Source: Paraspadella gotoi (lineage: Eukaryota; Animalia; Chaetognatha). Taken from it: a stretch of 64,000 nucleotides of DNA. The position numbers and the translations under genes were made by a program. The stretch is from contig CM119267.1 of the NCBI GenBank assembly GCA_051294375.1, forward strand, positions 7,668,683 to 7,732,682, read 5' to 3'. Below, in pieces: positions 49,131 to 61,419 of this stretch; the first letter of the stretch is position 1, and each line of letters opens with the position of its first letter. Under the pieces are notes generated by a model. It worked only from the letters and a program-made list of their open reading frames with translations. It made no database searches and was not told the DNA's origin.

Positions 49131-49852
49131 GTCAGTCTTCAATTATTTGTTTCAGACTATTTTTGATTTTTCATCTTTCTTTTTTTTCTACTTTCTTTCC
49201 TTTTATTCTCTTTCTCTATCTTCATCTCTTTTCCTCCCTCCATTCCCTTCAGTTTGCCATCTCTGTCTATTCTCTCTTTTCCTCTTCTTTCTTTCTTCTT
49301 TCGACTCATTCCCTCTCTCCGTCCCTTTACTCTCTCTGTCGCCTTCCCAGCCTTCCCTCTTTCTGTCTCGTTCTCTCTCTCTCTTCAAACTCCTGCACTC
49401 TCTCTCTCTCTCCCTACATCCTCTCTCTCAAGTCCACTCCCCCTCCCTTCCCCCCCTCCCAAAAATAGTCGGTCGTCGGACAGAAAGCGATTTTTAATTT
49501 CGTTTTCGCGTCTCAATCGGGAATTCTTGGTGGACCCTCGACGCTGGAACACGGATTCGCGCCGACCTGAACGAGTGCCCCCGCCCCATTTTCGCTCTCC
49601 CTCCCTCCCTCCCTTACCATTGGTATTAAAGGTTGACAGCTGCGTCTTGAGTCTTTCGCGAACGAGGAAAGCGTGGGAGGGAGGGGAGAAGGATGGGGAT
49701 GGTGGTGGCGAAGAGTGGGTGGTGTTGTTGGTGGCGGTGAGTGGGGGGTGTTGCCAGGACGACAAGATTCCAACGATCAATCGGGCGCCGGGAGCGAACG
49801 ACCTTTTAGTTATGCACAGTTGGTGGAGAAGTTTCCTAGGAGAATTGTGAGA

Positions 49853-49912
<60 letters not shown>

Positions 49913-50052
49913 GAAAGAATAGGCGATGGACTGAGACAGAGAGAATTGAGACAGACAAACCCCGAGAGCGCCTTTCCTTTATTAGCTTTTCACTCTCTGG
50001 TTGAGATTAACTTTTTATCTCTGTTTTTCTCTCCGTCTCAGTTAACTCTCAG

Positions 50053-50118
<66 letters not shown>

Positions 50119-52814
50119 GTCTCTCTCTCGTCTCTCGTCTCCTTCGTCTCGCCGTAACCGAAGAAATGATTTTTCTCTCACTCTCGGTTGAAAAGAAGAG
50201 ATAAACTAGATGGGAAAGGATTAAAGCAGAGATAATAAGCGGGAGACCTCTACAACGAGGGAGGAGCCCTTGTTTCCTGGAGGGCGGTAGCGCCGCTCCG
50301 TGGAGAGATTGAAAAGTGAAACCCAACGTTTTGTCCCTTTTGTTTAGTCTCAGTTCTCACGGTAAGTATTATAAGCTTTAAAACAATTAATGATAAAAGT
50401 AATTTGATGTTTCACTACGGAAACTTTTTTTTTGGTCAGATATCACGGTAAACAATTAAAAACTACACTGATAAAAAAAAACCGTAAAAAAACTTATAAC
50501 ATTAATAAAATGTTCAAAACTACTTCATACAAAATTCTACAAAAATCATACAAAAATCATACAATCACTAAATACAAAAACTGTAAAAACAAATGTCAGT
50601 AACAAAGGGGGCATTTAGTGCCAAATAATCCTGTTTTTCGCGGCCACGAACGTTTCGACCTTGAAGTGATTAAGTTCCGCGGGCGACGCTTCCTATTTCC
50701 CCCCGAATGATAACGTCGTCGTTTACAACCCAGGGGGAACGCTTGTGTTACGTAAGCGATTAAATACTCAACGTTTTCCAACTCTCGTAATACGTTGTTC
50801 CTTTAGGTACTTGACTTTAAATAAATTATATTTTCTTATTCTAGAATATGGGAATTTTTTTGAAGCTGATCCTGACCAATCGTTCTCTATTAAAAAGGCC
50901 CATCGCATCGGCCAATATCAAGATCTCTCATTTATCATTCAGTTGAGGAAAAAAACTGTTTTGGTACAAATTGAGCAAAACAGTCCAAAAGCGGATGCGA
51001 AAGAAAAAAAAAGGGGGAAATTCCCGAGCTCGGAATACGGTTATTTGTATCGCAAATCCTTTTTCCGATACCGACATCTGTGGACTGCATCTGTTGCATC
51101 CGCCGGCGACATCTGGTGCCCCTAAACTCGGTTCGTGAATTTAGATGGACCAAGCAATTGATTTTTTTTTTGCGCTCGTAGAACCGTCGAGAATGGGAAG
51201 GATGGAAGCAATGAGAAAAAAAATGATGCTTAAAAAAATGAGAAGGAATGAGAGAAAAAAAAAGAATAACAAGAAAAAAATTAGTTTAATTGCGCCGTAA
51301 TCAAGTCGCGACAAGCGACTGTTGGAATCATTTCAAGCAGTTTTAATTGAGTCTGGCTGAAGTTTTACAAGCGTAAGATTATTTTAGCTAATTTTATTTT
51401 AAAAAAGAAATAAATCTTCTCTTTAACTCCTCTCATCGGCGCCTGTCTTATCATTTCTAAATTTCTTGGTGACCGAGAAAGAAATAAAAGCTGGCTTTTC
51501 GGACCGGGAGTACAAATTATAGTGAGCGATATAGTCGACGACATTAAAGGGATAATAATAAAATATCAATTATGAAATCAAATGGGAAGTGAAGTAGTCC
51601 ATATAGCGATGGCAACAAAGGAGTAAGTGGTCGGCCAGAGTCAAGAGTCGTAGGCGTGAAAAACGACGCCCAAGCCGAAAGAGCGAATGTTTTAAAACCT
51701 AAAGGTATCCACAAACCGAGGGGAATGCCGAGAGAAAAGACAGCAACAAGACGCCGATAACAGTTTAAAAAAAAAAAGCCGTTGCCGAACGCGAACTCCG
51801 CTCACTAATCGGATATCGAATTTCGCAGAAAGCGCTGTATTGTCGTCGAGTTAATTGAGGCAGTTAAACGGCGCTCGCTCTCTTCTCAACGACGCGTTTT
51901 CGACTACTTGTCAGCCGTACTTTTTTTTTTCTCATCCCCCCCCCCACTTTTTTTGATGCTTTTCTCAAAACGTCGCCTTTCTTCCTTCAATTTTTCGAAT
52001 TTTCACTCAAGCGCGCGCCGCGGCGCCCCTTCGTCGTCGGGGAAAAAAAACTTGAAAAGCCCGAAATTTATGGTGTTTTCCGCGTCATAATTTTTCGGTC
52101 GGGGACAAGTCGAAGAAAGATCTTTTAAAATACGGTTTCATTTCCGTTTTGAGTCAAGAGGCTTCGCAAACTGTTAGGCGTCGGTATTCCGATTAACATG
52201 TATGGACACAAAATGGTTCGCGAATTCGATTGTTTGCTGGAACTTTCTGAGATCTCTCTGAGACATTAATTTTGATATTTCCGGTTTCTGTCTTTTTATA
52301 TTACAGAAAATTTTATATAAATTAAATAAGTAAATTGGCAGGGTTTTTTCGGCATGTTTTTCGCATTATTTTTCCTAGGCCTAGTTTCGTTTCTTCTTCT
52401 TGCGCTAAAAAAGAAAAAAATTCCCCTCTTGTTCTCATTCGATATTTAATAATTCCTTTTTCATTCTCACATTTTTTTTTCTTGTTTTTCTCAAATTCTT
52501 CCTCATCTGACCACCCTGTCATCAAATAAACATTGACCAGCCTCTTTAGCGAAAAATAAACGGCTCGTCGTCGGAGCCATAATCGCATCATTGACGGAGG
52601 GAGAAAAAGAGCTGCGTTGCCAACTGAGTCGATGGAAGAGAGAAAAGGAAATGATGGAATCTAATTATCGGTTCTCCTTTTCCGACGACAACTCAACACC
52701 CCGAGCTCCCCTTCGACACTCCCTGTGCTTTCAAGTTTCTATTCGCAAACTGGCGGGACTTATTTTCCCAGAACTCCGCGTTTCATCATTAAATTTAAAA
52801 TAAAATAACTTTTT

Positions 52815-52985
52815 TTTAGGTTTAAAGATTAGGTTAAAGGTTAGGGTGAGAGAATAGATTAAAGATCTGGTTAAGGATTAAGGTTTGAGGATTAGGTTAC
52901 TAATTAGTTTTAAGGATTAGGGTTCGGAATTAGAGTTAAAGATTAGGTTATAGGTTAAGCAATAGATTAGGATTAAATATTAAAG
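52815..52985 (+). repeat. Degenerate interstitial telomere-like (TTAGGG/TTAAGG) tract
   Basis: Runs such as TTAGGTTAAAGGTTAGGGTGAG, GGTTAAGGATTAAGGTTTGAGGATTAGG and GATTAGGGTT. Confidence 0.6.
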
Positions 52986-53556
52986 TTATAATAAGTTCAG
53001 GGATTTAGTAACAGAAATGGAGCGCTTTTGAAAAAGAGAGCGTTTTTTTTTTCATCCGCATTTTAGTCTTCCCCAGTCTCCAGTGGTTCGATATTGGTTA
53101 ATTACTCTCGCATGAAAATTAGAATCGCAAAAAAAAAGGAAATAAAAAAAAAAAAAGAAAATATGGCGGCAGGAGCGGAGGGGCGATGGACAAAAGCGCC
53201 GCCTTCTCGTTTCCCAACTCCCGCTTCTTTCCAGAGAGCTCCATTTCCCTGAAATGAAAAAAAAAATGGCTTGTTTTTGCGCTCTCTCTGTCTCTCTCTC
53301 TCTCTCTCTCCTCCTCTCTCTCTCCCTCTCCCTCTTTCCCTCTCTCCGTGCCCATATTTATTCTTTCCCATGTTAATGAGGCGATTGAGATTCGGGCGAA
53401 AGAAAATTTTCGTCGTTTCTCAAGTTCCCGCCCCCCCCCGACTCCCGCCTAAAGCCAACCTCCCACGATTCTCAACAGATGACGTCCCCTTAACTCCCCT
53501 CTCGCTCGATCAGTGTCCCTGGTTTACCCCTACTTCCCCGCGCGACTCTTTTCTCT

Positions 53557-53635
<79 letters not shown>

Positions 53636-53934
53636 GCAGCACTCCGCTCTCAATTTCTTTTTTTCCCATTCGTTCCTTTTTATGTATCCCCGCTGGGCCT
53701 TACCCTTGTTCCTATTTCCTGGTCCTTGTCTGCCTCGTTCGGCTCCCACCCCCCCTTTCTCTCCTTCCCCCCCCCTCATCCTCCTCCCCTCCTCTTCCTC
53801 TTAATGCGAAGCAGACAGAAGATCCTTCGTTCGAACTTTCGCCTCCAAAACAAAATTCGCGTCTTTGTGACAATCGATTCGATTATGACGGAGGAGGAGG
53901 AGGAGAGGGGGAAGAGGAAGCTGAGGAGAAAAAT

Positions 53935-55155
53935 GAGGGAGGAAGAAATAGAAAACTAAACAGGGAAATGGGTAAGGGGCTTTGAAGGTCCGTAAGGAAA
54001 TTAATGAGAGGCTTCCTGGAGGAGCTAACTAGTTAGGAGAGGATGATCCAGGAAGAGGAGGAGAGAGGGCAGGAAGAGGAGAAAGATGTGGAGGAAGAAG
54101 AGAAAACTAAACAGGGAAATGGGTAAGGGGCTTTGAAGATCCGTAAGGAAATTAATACGAGGCTTCCTAGAGGAGCTACGTAACTAAATAGGAGTAGGAG
54201 CAGGAGGATGAGGAGTTTGAATGAAAAACGGAGAGTGATGCAGAGGAGCGAAGGCAGATAAGTTTTCTAAGGAGGACGGAAAAAAGAATGAATGAGAAGG
54301 AGGAGGTTCAAGGATGGCAGCTGAAGACAGCCAGTACGATATATCTCAGTGCCTCGCACGGAGACAGGAAATCCTAAAGTCGAAATAAGAGCAAAAGTTA
54401 GCGAGTCAGCGAGGTCCTCACCACAGCGACACATAGGATCGAAAGTGGATGTGGGACGCACCCGTTATTAGGTGGTCGCAAGGAAGAAAATCACTGGCGT
54501 TATCCTATGGTCAGCATCTTACGGAATTGCAGTGTCGATGGTACCGAAACAAGAGAAGGGTTGGAGCAAGCCAGGTTTTAGAAAGGAAGAGTCAGCGAAC
54601 GGGGTAACACCGGACAAGAGGGAGAAAAAGAAGAGGAGAAGAGGAAGAGGAAAATTGATGGACTTTTCGGTTTTCGAAATCGTCTTTCCCGAATGTAAAT
54701 AAAACTCGTGATTCCCTCTCGGCGTCTGCGCGATCGATTGACGCCAACGGCCATCTTCGCGCNNNNNNNNNNNNNNNNNNNNNNNNNAGCTACGTTAACT
54801 AAATAGGAGTAGGAGCAGGAGGATGAGGAGTTTGAATGAAAAACGAGAGTGATGCAGAGGAGCGAAGGCAGATAAGTTTTCTAAGGAGGAAGAAAAGGAG
54901 GAGGAGGAGGAGGAGGTGGGACGAGTGCAAGGAAAGAAACACTGGGTCAGCAATAGAATTGCAGTGCTGAATGTCCGAAAACAAGAGAAGGGTTGGAGGT
55001 TTAGAAGGAAAGAGGAAGAGGAAAAAAGAAGAGGAAGAGGAAAAAGAAGAGGAAGAAGAGGAAGAGGAAAATGATGACTTTTGGTCGAAATCGTCTTTCC
55101 GATAAAACTCGTTATTTCCTCTCGGCGTCGATTGACGCCACGCCATCTCGCGCCA
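53935..55155. repeat. Local direct duplications: about 53950-54030 with 54100-54180, and about 54174-54762 with 54788-55155 across an N gap
   Basis: AGAAAACTAAACAGGGAAATGGGTAAGGGGCTTTGAAG occurs twice. TAACTAAATAGGAGTAGGAGCAGGAGGATGAGG...CCATCT(T)CGCGC occurs on both sides of the N run at 54763-54787. Confidence 0.85.
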
Positions 55156-58100
55156 CAATTATGGCGTTAATGACGGGAATGAGGCGACGCTCGTTGACGC
55201 GGGCGGACCGGGCCGTCACGACCGCGGATCCATGATTATCGAGAGGCTGTATTAGTTCCGTGGTTGGCGAGGGTTGATGAGAGGGCGGGGTGAAGTCTAG
55301 TGAAAAACGCCGGAACCGTCGAAGCGAATGGCGCCCGACTCTATGGAATTAGCGCCAGTTTCCGGAAATAGCTCCTTTTCTCTCCGTTCGAAGTGAACGA
55401 CTGCACGAGAAGTCCGACCGATATTCTCGGGTTGAGCCTTGATTAGTAGAGTGGAGCACTCAAGAACAAAAAATTTATTTGAATGATCGAACAATGATAT
55501 TTAGATGTGAGATAGTATGATTAACTAGTACAAAAAATATTTTGTTCATATTATCTCGGGAACAGAATAGTAAAATATAATATATTTGTAGTAATATCCT
55601 TATAAAATAGTAAATTTTAAAAATAATTTTTATAAAACTTTTATTAAAGATTCAGATTCTTCATAAAAAGTTTAATCAAAAATATCTTTAATATCTTTAA
55701 TATCTTTAATATAAAATTTCTCAATTAAAAACAGATTTTCTAGAAACATANNNNNNNNNNNNNNNNNNNNNNNNNNNNNNNNNNNNNNNNNNNNNNNNNN
55801 NNGGCAGCAAAAAAATAATGTTCAATCACTCAATCTTTTCATAACTCCACCCTATTGATTAGTCGCCAAGCGATTCACGATTCTTGGGCCGAAAATCGCG
55901 TTACGAGTCTTGGGAGGGGGCGAATTACGTTAAGGAATTTTATTGCTTTTCCACTCTCAAAGATAAAACTTGCGTGCTGGTTAACTCCCAGTTACTGGAA
56001 TTAGGCGGGTCGTATTATCTCGCAGGTAACCTCACCCCTCATTAGATTATATTTGCCGCTTATTCTTTATTAAAATATGTGTTTAATGAATTATGAGAAA
56101 TTTGCAAATTACTTGTTTTGAGGTCTACGTATCTTGCTATTTATTATATTTTAATGAAGGATGTTATTATTTATTCTAGTAGATATTTAAGAGACCATAA
56201 TGTAGTCTATTGTCGATTGTGTCTTTTCTTGTAAAACGAAAAACTAAATTTGACTTAGTCGATTAATAAGTTTAGATAGATCCAATTTCGGACACGGGTG
56301 GGAGCAGATGGCTACGTGGTCGTGTCTTCTTGGAATGGAGGGAGAGCAGACTATATATCAACTACAAGGTTAGATTACAATCTGTCCTATTTTTTGTAAA
56401 TGTGAAATTTTTTGCTGTTTTCAATGTCATTATCGAGTTCCTTGCATGGGCTTTCGAAATTTTGAAACGCGCTGTTAAGAAATTCTTTAAAAATTTTATC
56501 AATTTTATAATAAAAAATATTTTTGGTAAGGGTTTACTTCAAAGTTTTTGTTATGGCATATCATGGGTTTACTATTCATTCGTTCATAAATTTAAAAATA
56601 AGAAATCAAAATGAACGAAACTTAAACTCGAAAATTTATGAGGAAAAAAAAACTAAAACAAAAAAAACCACCCAGTTTTAATTAACTTATTAACGAGATA
56701 AAAAGCAGCCGCTCTTTTCCTTTGATTTCGGACGTTCCTTCGTAAAAAGGGTCCTTTTTTCCAATCTCCTACCCACTTCCTCCTCGTCTCTTTTCCTCCT
56801 CCCTTTCCGACGACAAACGACGGCGTCCACGGGCGACGTCGACGCTCCTTGCGGCGCTTTTTATTTCGGGAGTCACGCCCTCTCACGGGAGACATCGCCA
56901 ACGCTGGCAAAACAAAGAACATCTTGACTTTTCGGGCGGCTGTGGCGAAGGAAACGGCGGCTGCGGCGGCTGCCGATGCATCATTTTATGTCTTCTCCTT
57001 CTTTCCCATTTATCCGAGAAATACTCTCAAAAGCAAATTTTTTTTTTATATACGTATATCTTATCGCCTTTTTTTTCTTGCCTCACATGTCTCATTTTCA
57101 CGCTCTCTATCTCTCTCTCTCTCGCTCGTTAATTCGTACTCTGCCCACATTTCGCCGTCACTCCCAGCTTTTTTTGCTACCACCCCCCTTCCCCTCCGAT
57201 TGTTTAGCATTCCTGGGGGGCGCTGCGTTTCGGGTAAAACCATTTCGGTGGCGAAAGGAAAAGATAATGGATTTTTTGAGCAACGACGACGATAACGACG
57301 ACGACGACGACGACGATAGCGAAAGGAGGGATCCATGCGTGTAATCCGCGATCTCGCGAACAGAGAGGGATCCAAAAACTCTATCTCTCGTCCTCTCTCT
57401 CTCTCTCGATCTCTCTTTTCTCGGCTCGCTATCTCTCTCTCTCACCAACTCTCTCCCGCGCTTTCTCTCGCTGACGCGATCCGTCACGATACGAGGTTCG
57501 TCCCGCGGTCCGTGACGAAGCTTTTGACGCGGTTCGTGACCACGGATTGGCGCTACGCACGTTGCATTTTTTTTTTTTGCTTCGCGCTTCTCCGTTCCGC
57601 TTTATTTTCGGGTAAAACCGTTTGCCCCGGGGTTAAAACCACGTAGCTATTGTCCCCTCCCTTTTTCTTCTCGTTCCACTGGCGTCTTAAGTCCCTTCCA
57701 TTTTATGGGCGTTGATAGCTATCCAATGCGTTGTACCTCTTGCTTCCTTCTTCCAAGGCGTTTTAAAAGGTTCACCATAAGTCTCTCTTGACCCATTCTT
57801 TTTTCTTTGCTTTCTATACACGACGCAATATGTTCTTTCACACACTCTCTCTCTAGAGGCTTTTCGAAGGTTGATTAATTTTAAACCCTTGTAACTTTTT
57901 TTCGCAATAAACTATAAACCCAATCATCATAATTGCTCTTAACACAGATATAAATTATAAAAAAGAAGAAAATAATTTCGGGGTGTTTTTTTTTTTTTTG
58001 GGAGGGGGGGAGATGTCCCGTGCTCTTCACTCTTCCTCGGTTCTCCTTCTCAACTTCAGCCTCTTACGTAAACCAAACTATTACCCTAAGACTTGCTTTT

Positions 58101-61100
58101 CTAATCCTCCCCCTTTCATCTCTAATGACATCTTTACTGGCGCCTTTGATATCCTACTAAAGGGTCTCGAAAATAATCTGGTCCATTCTTGTTTCCTTCG
58201 CAGACGCCATTGAAGACTCTTTGCCGTCTCGATATTCCGTCCGATTGTTCCGCCCGCCTGACGGTTCCATCGTCTTGCCCGGGCGCGATTCCCCACTCGA
58301 GCAACGGTGGAATCGGCGGCAACCCTCCGCGAGGCAACTCGCTCGCATCGCCTTCCATTTCCATTTCCGGATTTATGGTCGCGCGGCGTTGAAGTGGCGT
58401 CGTGGCGCCAAAAAGTGCCGTCTTGATTTCGCCTTTTGCCATTCGAATTCATTGGGATTGATGGAGATGGAAAGTCGGAACTTTTAAGCGAAACAACGAC
58501 AAAAACAACAACGACGAACAACGATTCTAATTTCTGCGTTTCTTTCGTCGTCGTTCACAATTTGTACGCCCTTACCCTCCCACCCATCCGCCCCCCCTCT
58601 TTCCCACGCACAATTGAGTGGGGCCCGTGGGGGCGAGTCTTTGAAATCTTTCGAAGTGAAAAGGTGAAGTCAGGGAGAAAAAAAAAAGGAGCGGGAGTAT
58701 TGTCTTCGTCGAAAGGGTGCGGGACGCGCTCCTGAGATCTCTTTATATTGGCTTTAGAAACATTCAGCTCATTCCCTTATTCGCCTCCACTTTTCAAAGG
58801 AAAAAAAAAATATCTAAGGCCAGAATCCCTCGGGACATGCGACGTTCGAAACTGGACAGCGTTGGAAAGAAGTATTTATTTAAAAGAAGGGCTCATCTCG
58901 AGTTTGGCTATTATATTTAGAAGAGAAGGGGACGACAGCTTTTTTTTTTTTATTTGCCTCCACCTACGCCGTTGTGACTTGAGAAACTTATGAGCTGTGA
59001 ACTTGGGATTTTCTTTTTTCCCTCGCGTCGACTCTTTACAATTTACTGCATTTTCTGTATAGGTCTGTATCCGTCAATGACTTTTAAATTTGAATTTAAA
59101 TTTCGATTCAAATTTTTATACAAAATTATCTTTCTCAAACGTAAGATTGATATGTGTGATCAGGTAATTATTTTCAAAGTAATGTTTGAAAAACTAAGAC
59201 AGTTTTTCGCATAAAAATTTTTTTGCTAGTCAACGTTTTTCCATGGCTATTAACGCCAAAGAACCTGGGCTAAGGCTGGGCCGTTTAATGAGTGCGCGGG
59301 CGGGTTCCATTCTCTTTCTTTCTCTCTCGCTCGTGCGGCTTTAACGGAGTCTAACACGCTCAGCGAGGCGTATTATTTGCTGAAAGTAACAAACCGTAAA
59401 CTCATATTTATCATGTCAATAAAGTTTCCGTTGAATTATGGTCCACGTCTCGCGCATAATTTTAGGAGAAGTGCGATTTCGCGCCGGCGCCCGGACCAAA
59501 GTCCGAAGTGATAAAGGGCGAAAAAGTAAGTGCAAACGTTGAGTTTTAGATTTTGCTTAACAAAGAATATTTTTTCCATTACGTCTGGTCTGCGAGGTCG
59601 ATTCTTTCTTCATTTTTTTTCTCTTCAAAGCCTTATGTCGAAAAAAAAAAAAGATCGGGGCAAACATGGGGACTAACCTTTATCAAATTCATCACCGACG
59701 GTTGGGGTTTTACTTTTGCTTGGCATAAAGTTTATGATCCGTCGGGGCGGCCCGGGTCGGAGGCATGAGGCTCAAATTGGTGACGAGAGAGGGCGTAGTG
59801 GCGGGTCGATGGGACGGAAGGAAACGGAGTAAAAGATGTAAAGTATAACAGGAGAGAAAAGAATAGAATAAAACGGAAAATAAATGAATAGATTTATGTG
59901 ATAAAAACTTACCACTATTGAAAAAATGAGTAGTTTAACTTTTGGCAAAATCACAATATTTTAAAATGAATAGCATCTGACAAGCCTTGCTTTATTTTTC
60001 CAACGATGCTCTGCGTTTATAATTCGATTTTTCGTACGAGCATTGGTTTTGTTTTTGCTGTGTTTTTGCTGTTGGCAATGAGTCGAAATCCATGGGGAGA
60101 CGGTATAGTCGTAAGACGAAACGCATTGCCAATTCCATTTGCAATCTTCTTTCCCGAGGTTCAGTCGATCTATTACCAACTTGTAAACTAGTCAGCAATC
60201 TCTGATTAATTATTTTTTCCCCCTCATTGTATTATTGGTTTTGCGCTATGAAGAACCGAAAACCCAAAGAGAAATAAATGTTAAATAGTCAAATATTAAA
60301 TTAATTTTATTCGATTTAACCTTCTTTTTTTTTAGTGACGGATTCAATTCTTTGAAAATCGAATCGAAAGATGGCGAACACTGCACGCACAAACACGAGG
60401 TGAGCTTTTTTTTTAACTCTCAAATATTTATTGAAGTATATTAGTTTTGCATCTCATCATTTTTGCCTTTTCTGCCACGAGTCCTGCAGTTTGTTAGTAT
60501 GCGGTTTGTCGGTCTACCTTTTTTGAGTAACTGTTAATTTTTCTTTGGCCGACCGGGGTTATTGGGGTTTAGGGTTAAAGGTGGTTTAATGATGGTTTAT
60601 GGGTGGTTTAGGGGTGCTTTAGGGATAGGGGTAGTTAGGGTTAAGGTTATGGTTAAGGTTATGGTAATTAGGCAATACTTTTTGTAAATTTTTTTAAAAA
60701 ATAAGTATTTTTAAGTAATTTTTCAAAAGACGCTAAAAGTAAAAGTAAAAGAGGAGCTTACGATCGGAATTCTAAGGGTTTTCAACCGGGAGTCAGATTC
60801 GGGAAAAATCTTTTATGGCAAAAATCTACCATCAAAGGGGTGGATTTTACGAAGATTATGGTTAATATTTTCTATATCCATGGTTTGATTTACTTGAACC
60901 TTAATATTAACAATATTGCCATCATTCTACATGTACATTCGCCGGTATAAGAATATATTAAAAAAACCTCTGGCTTTTTCCTTAGAGTTTAGTCCTACCT
61001 TAGTCATCATCCTCGTCGGATGATTCTGTTTGCTTTTGTCACCAACTAATTTCTTTGAATCGGAAAAGACGTTGCACGTGTTCATCGAATTTGCTTTCCT

Positions 61101-61378
61101 TCTATCCTTTGAATTAACACGCGTGCAGCGTTTGAGAAAATACAACGAAAAATTAACCAAATAGTGAAGTACAAATATTATAAAGCTCAGTCGCTTTAGT
61201 GATAATACTTCACAACGACATCGCATTCACACTGTGACAGTGATGTTTCTGTATTTATTTTTTGTATCTTACTTTTTTTACATATATGTTTACAAAGAGT
61301 ACTTTTTTAAAGGTTAGATATCTTAAAATAAAGATTGTTCAAATTATATAAATGAAATATTGAAACGTCAGATCTTTT

Positions 61379-61409
<31 letters not shown>

Positions 61410-61419
61410 NNNNNNNNNN
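54763..61419. other. Three assembly gaps (N runs) at 54763-54787, 55751-55802 and 61410-61419
   Basis: Ns in the sequence. Confidence 1.
60538..61000 (+). mobile_element. Second copy of the modules of the SEPHS2-intron element, in a different order
   Basis: GCCGACCGGGGTT plus TTAGGG-like repeats (compare 9480-9560), AATTTTTTTAAAAAATAAGTATTTTTAA (compare 10297-10325) and AAAGTAAAAGTAAAAGAGGAGCT...CGGGAGTCAGATTCGGGAAAAATCTT...GCCGGTATAAGAATATATT (compare 10025-10280). Confidence 0.8.

Noticed and set aside
54174-55155. Biological tandem duplication
   Set aside because: The two copies flank a 25-N gap and differ mainly by indels, so an uncollapsed haplotype or contig overlap is more likely.
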